A DNA stretch of 64,000 nucleotides from positions 1,088,001 through 1,152,000 of the forward strand of contig CAVWHX010000004.1 in assembly GCA_963754925.1 (NCBI GenBank), read 5' to 3'. The stretch comes from an uncultured delta proteobacterium. Its GTDB lineage: Bacteria > Myxococcota > B64-G9. The notes below the pieces were generated by a model that was given only the letters and a program-made list of their open reading frames with translations, searched no databases and had not been told where the DNA came from. This document shows positions 50,034 to 57,572 of this stretch, in pieces. Position 1 is the first letter of the stretch; each line of letters opens with the position of its first letter. Made by a program: the position numbers and the translations under genes.

Positions 50034-50456
50034 ATGGATCGAGCCGAAGACTTTAAAAAGCAAGCGATCAATTTGTTCAAACAAACAGTCACCCAATTGG
50101 AAGATCTTTCGCGCATCTTTATTAAACCCGCCACCCTCGATCGACTCAAGTCGGACGCCAGAGGGTTGCTTGAGGAGCGTGATCGCCTTTTTAAGAAATT
50201 TGGCGAGGAATGTTTCAGGCTTATCGAATCGAACAACGTGCCGGTGCCGAAACCGGTCAAGAAGTTATACGAGACGATTCGCTCGGCGATGAATGATATG
50301 ATGGATTCTTCGCGCGAACATAGATCATCAGAAAAAGGTACTGATTGCGTCGACGATGCGCCAACCGCCAGGAAACCTCGTGTAAAAACATCTGCTAAAA
50401 AAAGACCCAAAAAATCACGCACCAAAAAACCGCGCACGGCAAAATCGAATAAATAG
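50034..50456 (+). CDS. Hypothetical helical protein with basic tail
   Basis: ATG at 50034 with AAGGAG RBS; ERDRLFKKFGE motif; K/R-rich C-terminus. Confidence 0.65.
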   Translation: MDRAEDFKKQAINLFKQTVTQLEDLSRIFIKPATLDRLKSDARGLLEERDRLFKKFGEECFRLIESNNVPVPKPVKKLYETIRSAMNDMMDSSREHRSSEKGTDCVDDAPTARKPRVKTSAKKRPKKSRTKKPRTAKSNK

Positions 50457-50504
50457 TTGTAGGGACGGGCGCCTCTAAGCTCGCTATGCTCGTTAACGGA
50501 CTCG

Positions 50505-50587
50505 TGGATTCCCGCATCCGCGAGAATGACCAACAATTTTATGGACCACAAATAACAGGTGTCATCCCCACGAAAGTGGGGATCCAG
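50505..50587. repeat. REP doublet
   Basis: TGGATTCCCGCATCCGCGAGAATGAC, 30 bp spacer, GTCATCCCCACGAAAGTGGGGATCCAG. Confidence 0.85.
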
Positions 50588-50690
50588 CATCGGCATTTAT
50601 TCGAAGGTCATTTTTGTAGAAATGATCTTTCGAAAGGATATTGATAGGTGGAGTTTGATACGGTTGAGCGCGTTCGGTGTCTAATGACGA

Positions 50691-52859
50691 TTACCAGACG
50701 ACCTTGAATGGACGCATCATGTCGTTGTCTTCATGGTCGACGATGTGACAGTGCCACACGTAACCGAGGCCGACGGTCGGATCGAACGGATACAGGTTGA
50801 CTCCAGCTTTTGCTTTTCTAATCGGCGTATCGGTCGGTGCGAAGCGGACTAGGATCCTCATAACCTGGCCAGGTCCCACCTTGGCCGTATCTTTCCATCC
50901 TGACTCCCAAGCATTCGGCGGGACGGCAGGAGCATTGACGTTGTCTAAGAACGGGCTGAGGGCCGGGTTCCCGCCCAGAGCGACGTCAGCATTAAGAACG
51001 TTGTACGGCAGAGGCGGGCCGTACCCTGCGCAGTATTCGCCGGCGGTGCAGCCGGGTGGAAGTGGAACCGACCCGGTTCCGAATGCCTCGTTGTAGGCCG
51101 CTATGTATCCGTCCCGATTGAATGCCTGTCGGTTCAGGATCTGAAATTGCGCCAGGTGCGTGTGCATTGGGTGCGCGTCGATGGTCAAGTTGATGATTTC
51201 CCAAAGCTCAGTCGAACCCACCTGCGGCAATTCACTGACCCCGTCTTTTTTGAAAATCGCGGCAATGCTCGGCGACATAAGACCGTCAAAACTGGTGTTA
51301 TTGACGAGGACCTCGAGCGGTCCACCCGCCCCGGCGACTTCCTTGAGCACGAGTTGGCGAATTTTGCTGACGACGACGCCGGGAGCAAAGTGTCCTTTGG
51401 TGTCTGTCAGACGAGGTATTGGTTTGGGACGCGTGCATCCGCCGGCCGCAGGATCGCAACTTTTATCCTTTTTCCCGACTAAGGGAAGTGTCACTTGAAA
51501 TTGCATAATATTAGCCATGCTTGGCTGATCGACGCCCGGCATGGCGCCGTCTGGGTAAGGAATCGGTGCATCGTTTGTAACCGTAATGGTTTGACCGGCA
51601 AGTCCTGTGAAGTCCACGATAACATCTGCGCGCTCGCCCGGCGCTATAAAAACCGTGCCAACCCTGACCGGCGCATTGATGTAGTTATCGTCCGAGCCGA
51701 TGACATATACCGGTGCGGCGCCGAAACTGAGATTGTAGAAACGTGCATTCGAACCGTCCAGAAGTCGAAAACGATAGCGCCGCGGTTCCACATTGAGATA
51801 CGGCCAGGGCGCGCCGTTTACGATGGCTACGTCGCCGATAAACTCGGGAATCCAAAGGGGATGCACGGAGGGATTGGGCGGCGGTCCGTTAATATTGCTT
51901 ATGGTATTTCCGCTACCGTCCGGATAGAAAAGTTGGCCGTTAGTATCGAACTGCCTATCTTGGAGAGCCATTTCGATCTCATAAGCGCCTTCCGGAAGTT
52001 TCTTGGGTTCCGTTGACGGATCACGAATCAGATAAAAAACCGCCAGGCCGCTATACACATTGGTACGGGTTGCGCCGAGCGCATGGTCATGAACCCATAC
52101 GGTGCCGGGTTCTTGATTATTGTCATAGAAGTAAATGGCTTTGCCCGGTCCCGGACTATCAAGAGTTTTATAACCTGGTCCCTTTTTGCCATCCGAGGTA
52201 AACCACGCATAGGGCCCCCCATCGAATTTGGAGGGCGTCTCCCCGCCGTGCATGTGTCCAACCCCCGGCGGCGGACCTATGAAAGGCGAGCAACAAGGAT
52301 TCGTCGGATCTGCGACACAATCAACGGGCGGGTTCATCATCAGGCAACCCATCATGTTCGGATCAGCCCAGTGTATGGTTTGATCGACTGATATCAAGCC
52401 CTGTACCATGCCAGGGCCGGTTGGGTTCAAGGGATTGAAGCTCGGCAAGGTATTCACCCAGGTTACCGTTGTTGGAGTATAGCGATCGACGTCTAATGTC
52501 ACCGCCGGCCAGTGTGCCGGTCCGAGGATTTTACCGGTTTTGGTATCCGAGGTTTCGTATGCCCATACTCGAGTCGGTTGGATATTGACCGGCGGGCAAC
52601 CCGCAGCCGGGGTGAAGGTGGGCAACACTTGCTCTTGCGCTTCCTTCATGGTTACCGTGAGACGGGGATGCATTCCCGCATCAACCCGAGGAAGAGCTGC
52701 GTTATAACCTGGCCCGAATAGCGGCAGCGGGGTTGCGAATTGCGGGATGCAATCCCCCGGAAGCCAGTCCTGAGGAATAAGGTCGCTTGCGAATGTTAAA
52801 GAATTGAGAGCAATGAGCAACGCCATCGAGAAAATGATAACAATACCATGCCGTTTCAT
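50691..52859 (-). CDS. Multicopper oxidase (CotA/bilirubin oxidase-like)
   Basis: HMHGG, WVHDH, HPMHTH, HCHIVDHEDNDM copper motifs; N-terminal signal peptide. Confidence 0.93.
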   Translation of the reverse strand: MKRHGIVIIFSMALLIALNSLTFASDLIPQDWLPGDCIPQFATPLPLFGPGYNAALPRVDAGMHPRLTVTMKEAQEQVLPTFTPAAGCPPVNIQPTRVWAYETSDTKTGKILGPAHWPAVTLDVDRYTPTTVTWVNTLPSFNPLNPTGPGMVQGLISVDQTIHWADPNMMGCLMMNPPVDCVADPTNPCCSPFIGPPPGVGHMHGGETPSKFDGGPYAWFTSDGKKGPGYKTLDSPGPGKAIYFYDNNQEPGTVWVHDHALGATRTNVYSGLAVFYLIRDPSTEPKKLPEGAYEIEMALQDRQFDTNGQLFYPDGSGNTISNINGPPPNPSVHPLWIPEFIGDVAIVNGAPWPYLNVEPRRYRFRLLDGSNARFYNLSFGAAPVYVIGSDDNYINAPVRVGTVFIAPGERADVIVDFTGLAGQTITVTNDAPIPYPDGAMPGVDQPSMANIMQFQVTLPLVGKKDKSCDPAAGGCTRPKPIPRLTDTKGHFAPGVVVSKIRQLVLKEVAGAGGPLEVLVNNTSFDGLMSPSIAAIFKKDGVSELPQVGSTELWEIINLTIDAHPMHTHLAQFQILNRQAFNRDGYIAAYNEAFGTGSVPLPPGCTAGEYCAGYGPPLPYNVLNADVALGGNPALSPFLDNVNAPAVPPNAWESGWKDTAKVGPGQVMRILVRFAPTDTPIRKAKAGVNLYPFDPTVGLGYVWHCHIVDHEDNDMMRPFKVVW

Positions 52860-53249
52860 GTTCCCTCCGTTTTGCTATAACATCATCATTGAACGGTATT
52901 TTTTAACCTAATCAGACAATTCTTTGCTATGTTTGGAATTCACCTCCTTTTAAGGATAATGGTTATCGTGTATTGGCTGACACTGTTCATGCTTTTGCCT
53001 CATACGACTTGATTCACCCACACGATGGATCGGGATTTATTAACTATTTCAAGACAACGGCAGAGCGCACGAATCATCCTCACCAAAAAAATTTGTTGCG
53101 CTGCTATAAAATTACACAGGATAATTTTTGTCAATAGATTAAGTAAGTAGTTTCTTCATGAGTGCTTGACAGATCCATAATGAGAATGGTACAAGCCTGC
53201 CGCATTCTTGGGTTTGAAGAAGACCGGTCACTGAAAAGTTGTGCTTTAT

Positions 53250-53322
53250 GGGGCTGTAGCTCAGCTGGGAGAGCGCTTGAATGGCATTCAAGAGGCCGAC
53301 GGTTCGATCCCGTTCAGCTCCA
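53250..53322 (+). tRNA. tRNA-Ala (GGC), CCA not encoded
   Basis: GGGGCTGTAGCTCAGCTGGGAGAGCGCTTGAATGGCATTCAAGAGGCCGACGGTTCGATCCCGTTCAGCTCCA. Confidence 0.95.
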
Positions 53323-53368
53323 ATAAATTCAAGGGCTTACAATATCATGTAAGCCCTTGAATTTATTG
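53321..53368. terminator. 21 bp perfect hairpin after tRNA-Ala (terminator and/or att-arm site)
   Basis: CAATAAATTCAAGGGCTTACA-6nt-TGTAAGCCCTTGAATTTATTG. Confidence 0.6.
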
Positions 53369-53524
53369 TATAAACAATTCTGTAATTCTTTCAACAGTTT
53401 TCATTTCCGAGACTCACTTTTAGTACGCCCCACCTTTCTTGGTAATTGTGAAACCTTAAGAGACCATTGACTCGATGGTGAATGGATGGTAGTTAATCTC
53501 CCTCCTCCGTCGAAGGGGCCTTTG

Positions 53525-54135
53525 ATGAAGAAAAAGAACGCCTCAGGTAATAAGCGTCAAGTGGTGCGTAAGGCCAACGTTAAGGTGAAAAAACCCAGGC
53601 AGTTTGGTATGAGAGAAACAATCGATAAGATCCATCATACAGTAATACGCATTGAAAATGAACACGGTTCGGCAATTAAAGCGATCGGCGAGGGTTTAGC
53701 CTTAACAACGAGCGACTCAATAGGTTCGAGAAAAACGTCAACCAGCGATTCGACGTTATGGACCAACGTTTAAGTGGTGTAGAGGTTCAGGTTATGGGGG
53801 TGAAAGAAGACGTTGCCGAAGTGAAGACCAATGTCAGTGTACTGAAGACTGATGTCAGCGTACTAAAGACCGATGTCGGTGTACTGAAGACTGATGTCAT
53901 CGTACTAAAGACCGATGTCGGTATACTGAAGACTGATGTCAGCGTACTAAAGACCGATGTTGCCGAACTAAAGACTGATGTATCCGTCCTTAAAACAGAC
54001 GTCAAAGAATTGAAAACAGATGTCAAAGAAATTAAACAGAATACCAGTCAGACAACCTCGATTGTCGATAGCCATGAAGTACGTCTAGGCGCCGTTGAAT
54101 CATCTATCAAAGGGCATATCGAGAAGCACGCGTAG
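53525..54135 (+). CDS. Heptad-repeat (KTDVxxL)n coiled-coil protein, -1 frameshift near 53700
   Basis: ORFs 53486..53773 and 53758..54135 join (KAIGEGLA / NERLNRFEKNVNQRFDVMDQRL); ten 21 bp repeats at 53824-54033. Confidence 0.7.
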
Positions 54136-54185
54136 CGTTGAGCCTTCTCGCTCTGGCGGTTGGGGCTTTGATACGCGCGTTTCTA

Positions 54186-54347
54186 TCATTTCCTCACGTA
54201 CTTTGAAAACACCTTTACCGCTACCTCCTGCACCGTCCGGCCATCCTGAGCGGCTTTGACCTTAAGCGCTTTGTGTAACCAAGACGGTAGGCGCACGGTT
54301 AGAACCTTCAAGGTGTCTTCCGTGGTCTGTTCGGTTTTCTTTTTCAT
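54186..54347 (-). CDS. Small ribbon-helix-helix DNA-binding protein (ParG/CopG-like)
   Basis: Manual translation MKKKTEQTTEDTLKVLTVRLPSWLHKALKVKAAQDGRTVQEVAVKVFSKYVRK (53 aa, below the ORF track cutoff). Confidence 0.75.
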   Translation of the reverse strand: MKKKTEQTTEDTLKVLTVRLPSWLHKALKVKAAQDGRTVQEVAVKVFSKYVRK

Positions 54348-54466
54348 GTCTGATGATCCCCTTTTATATGCAATATAAAAGTCTGGTTACGCTTCGCCCG
54401 AAGTAGGCTCACGCCATCGTCAACCTGACCTTGGGTGCTTACCCGAATATAACCGATCACTTTCAT
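54344..54466 (-). pseudogene. Truncated serine recombinase (resolvase N-terminus only)
   Basis: MKVIGYIRVSTQGQVDDGVSL contains the catalytic YxRVST motif; GGAGG RBS; reading diverges and stops after 40 aa. Confidence 0.8.
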
Positions 54467-55183
54467 GGTATTTACTCCCTCCTAACAAATACAACTATAC
54501 ATCTTGCTGTCTTGCTGTCAAGCAGCATATACACACTGAGGCCAATTAATTGGGGGTATCAACGCCAGGGATTGCCTTTCAATGGACCTTAGAGGGCAAA
54601 TGGCGGCCTGGGTTTTGAGAGGTTTATTCCTTGGCCCCGGCCTGCTTGAGAAGCTTTACCTGTCCATCGCCAAAATAAACCCAAGAGAAAAAACAAGTCG
54701 AATTTTCAAGAGGCGGGTAAATAGGAATCGCACAGTTACAGAAAATAATTATCACATTCAGTTACCCCTCACTGGCTTCGCGAAGAGATCCGATCGAGAT
54801 TCTAGTTCGTCCTTCTTCTCAACATTAAGATTGGCCCTTTATATTCGTATATATTTCTTTCTACCGCGCAACTAAACAAATTTGCTGATATTCCACCGCG
54901 CCGGTCGAAAAATGACTACTGTAACTAATTGAAAACAATATCATAACTACTGAATAGCATTCAGGAGGCCGACGGTTCGATCCCGTTCAGCTCCAATGAT
55001 TTCAGGGACTTACAGAAAAGTGTAAGCCCCTGAAATCATTGTAGAAACAATTCTGGGATTCTTTCGACCTTTTCGTTTTCCGAGACGTGCTTCAAGAATG
55101 CGAAAATTCAATCCCAACACCATGGGTTTTAACCCGACGGCGTAATCCCGTTATAAAAAAACAGTGGTTGGCGTGAGGGCCGC

Positions 55184-57391
55184 TCAGGGCGCCAGAGTGA
55201 GGCTTACCGAGTAATTCGATACCTTGGATACTCCCGGATCGGTGGTATCGTTCTGGGTAGCAAGGGCCGTCCACGTCTGCGGCGCGGCGCCACTGATGAC
55301 AAAGGTCTCGAAGTCGCCGGGTCCGATCCGCGGCGGCACGATCGTGGCCAGGTTGGTATTGTCGATCATGTTGAGAACATCAGAGAGCGGCACGGTCAGC
55401 AGCTGGCCGTTGCCGCAGACGTACCATGTCTGAGTGTCCTGATCGAGGCACTGATCCGTCGTCCTGGGCATGCCGGCGGGGGCGCATAAGTCATTGTTGC
55501 AGCCCGGGTAGACGCGGATCCGGTATTGGCGGTTTTCCGCGGTGGACAGCGGTTCGAGGTCGATTTCCAGGTACACCGGTTCCCAGGTTAGGTCCGCCTG
55601 GCCGTCGCTCTTACCGGTTAGCACCACGTCGCCGCCACTGGGAGGGCGCGTGTAGTTTCGGTCGGTGTAGGAGACGTTAACCGGCAGGAGTATGTCGGGC
55701 GCATCAATGTTAAGGCTGTTTTGACCGGTCACGACCGCACAGTTGGCGATCGTACACTCGCTGAAGGGGAACGTGCCGTCCAGGATCCGCTGCATCGTTA
55801 TCGGAAAGGGCTGATAGGAAAGGTTGTTCGAGAACGACACGATCCACTCATCACGCTCATAGGGACCCTGCGAGTCGCTCCATACCGTGGTCCCGCTTCC
55901 CGTGACCGAGAGTACGCTATTAGGTGGAGGGTAATACTTCAACGTGAATACCCCGTTTCCCGCTACGCCCTCGTCGTTCGGGATTACCTGCCACCCTTCT
56001 CCGGGAGACACGTACCCCTGCGTCACAAATGCGATGGTGTTGACCGCGGCCTTAAGCTTAAGGTCTACGGAGAAGTCCTCCTGGCCGGGATCGAGGTTGG
56101 CGGTCTGCACATCCGATGCCGTCCCGTCCGCATAGAGAACCGTGACTTCCAACACGCTGATAGAGACTTCTCCGCTGTGGACTTCGCCCTCCAGCGTGAC
56201 GTCTTCGGACTGGACCGTGTCGCCGCTTTGGTTCGAAGTGACCTCGATCTTGGTTTGGTTCTCTCCGTTGAAGCCTGCCTGGGCGTCCCGCAGGATGTAA
56301 CTGAACGGCTCGGCCTGCGGCAGATCCGTGGGAAGGCTGAGCTCCGTGGCGACGCCGTAAGTCAGGGTGGAACCGCCCGCGCCGTCGAGCGTGTAGTCCA
56401 TTGCCTTCCACTCGCCCGGATGGTTGGAGTCGTACACTGCGATCTGGTTGTCGCTGTGGGCGATGGCCAGCATGGTGTGGTCGCTGCTGCTGCGGGAGGT
56501 TCCGATAAGCACCGCCTTGGCGCCCTTATCGAGGGCGTCGTTGACGGCCACGATCGCTTCCGCCTGCTGGGTTGGGAAGACATACTCTCCACCATCGAGG
56601 GTGACCGAGATGTGGGCGCGGGTGGCGATGACTTCCTCGCCCGAGATGGTCTTCTTCGACCCGGCCTGGCTCGGAACCGAAGCTTTGAACTTGCCGTATA
56701 AGCCATCTCCCTGGGTCTCTTTGTACCACTTGGAGAAAGACGCGATGCCGGTGCAGCGGGCCGTGACGTAGTCGCCCGCTTTGGTGTTCGAGAAAGCCAA
56801 GCCGTTGATGTTGGGGGAAAAACCGTTCCACACCGGCCGCGACGATTTCGGACTCTTATTAACCCAAGTGTAATTCGAGGCGTGCCAGGTGAGGAAACCG
56901 CCACGGCCAGCGGCGCGATCGACCGGCAGCGGCGACTGCAACTCGAACGAGCCGTCGGCTTTCAGATAGTAGGGAACGGGGAAATTAACCGGATCCGTGA
57001 ATGTAAACTCGACGCTGAGCGGCTGAGAAAACTGGTGTTGGCCGTCGGTATCAATAGCGATGACCAGCCCGGAAAGCTCGTCCGCGGGCACGTTGGCGAA
57101 GGAACCTCCGTCGTCGTAGCCGAGGGAGAAGGTAGTAGGGCCGGAGACAGCGCCAGCCGGGATCGTTAACACGACCCCATCAAGGGGGGTGCCGGCGGGT
57201 CCGGCGAGTGTGCCGCCACCCGCATCGATTGTCGCCTGCGCGAGCACAACCGGCGTCCCCGGCGTGTAGGTCGCGGGCGTCGCTGCAGACAGCGAGGTCC
57301 AGTCGTATCCCTTGCCGCTACTGCACGACAGCAATGAAGTCGTCGCAGTTACGAAGAGCACCGAAAGCCAACTGACAGTACGAAGTTGCAT
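55184..57391 (-). CDS. Lipoprotein: ZU5-like domain, putative Cys-His-Asp papain-like domain, Ig-like domain
   Basis: Lipobox LLSC; IDAGGGTL..LTIPAGAV; GFSP..GLAFSN..RCTGIA..DHTML..VYDSNHP. Confidence 0.65.
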   Translation of the reverse strand: MQLRTVSWLSVLFVTATTSLLSCSSGKGYDWTSLSAATPATYTPGTPVVLAQATIDAGGGTLAGPAGTPLDGVVLTIPAGAVSGPTTFSLGYDDGGSFANVPADELSGLVIAIDTDGQHQFSQPLSVEFTFTDPVNFPVPYYLKADGSFELQSPLPVDRAAGRGGFLTWHASNYTWVNKSPKSSRPVWNGFSPNINGLAFSNTKAGDYVTARCTGIASFSKWYKETQGDGLYGKFKASVPSQAGSKKTISGEEVIATRAHISVTLDGGEYVFPTQQAEAIVAVNDALDKGAKAVLIGTSRSSSDHTMLAIAHSDNQIAVYDSNHPGEWKAMDYTLDGAGGSTLTYGVATELSLPTDLPQAEPFSYILRDAQAGFNGENQTKIEVTSNQSGDTVQSEDVTLEGEVHSGEVSISVLEVTVLYADGTASDVQTANLDPGQEDFSVDLKLKAAVNTIAFVTQGYVSPGEGWQVIPNDEGVAGNGVFTLKYYPPPNSVLSVTGSGTTVWSDSQGPYERDEWIVSFSNNLSYQPFPITMQRILDGTFPFSECTIANCAVVTGQNSLNIDAPDILLPVNVSYTDRNYTRPPSGGDVVLTGKSDGQADLTWEPVYLEIDLEPLSTAENRQYRIRVYPGCNNDLCAPAGMPRTTDQCLDQDTQTWYVCGNGQLLTVPLSDVLNMIDNTNLATIVPPRIGPGDFETFVISGAAPQTWTALATQNDTTDPGVSKVSNYSVSLTLAP

Positions 57392-57572
57392 AGGTTCTCC
57401 ATGGTTGGTGGGTCGTCAAAAGTAAAATTAAACAATTATAACACATTCTACTTTGCGATGAAAATCGCATAATCGAGATCCGAACGAAGCTTTTGATCTT
57501 TGCAGCAAGTTGACAGCTTATACCTGCGTACCCTAACCTGATGGTGATTTTTCCAATCACTGGAGCGGTGGG

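Larger units (their letters stand above)
53278..55086. mobile_element. Decayed genomic islet bounded by 136 bp diverged direct repeats containing the tRNA-Ala 3' half
   Basis: 53278-53413 matches 54951-55086 (offset 1673 bp); AT-rich interior with a recombinase stub. Confidence 0.8.

Noticed and set aside
50458..50504. Possible fifth mini-element copy (reverse strand CGAGCATAGCGAG loop)
   Set aside because: The flanking stem does not pair and the CTCTTATCCC end is missing. It may be a remnant of a GTAGGGAC-type REP; too degenerate to call.
50003..50596. 197 aa minus-strand ORF beginning MPMLDPHFRGDD
   Set aside because: The N-terminus is translated REP sequence and the rest is antisense to a better-supported gene.
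52860..53240. Riboswitch or small ORF upstream of the multicopper oxidase (strong AAGGAGGTGA on the minus strand near 52940)
   Set aside because: No properly spaced start codon or recognisable RNA motif could be supported by eye.
53824..54033. Regular short repeats as a possible CRISPR array
   Set aside because: The 21 bp units are contiguous with no spacers, are in frame in a coiled-coil ORF, and no cas genes are present.
54582..54875. 97 aa ORF inside the islet
   Set aside because: No recognisable motif or RBS; likely non-coding remnant.
54951..54995. Second tRNA-Ala gene
   Set aside because: Only the 3' half is present (no acceptor 5' strand or D arm) and the anticodon is altered; it is an att-like repeat.
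55721..56701. Long antisense ORFs (also 9873..10838, 61135..62004, 16321..17004)
   Set aside because: These are shadow frames of GC-rich genes with clear motifs on the opposite strand.
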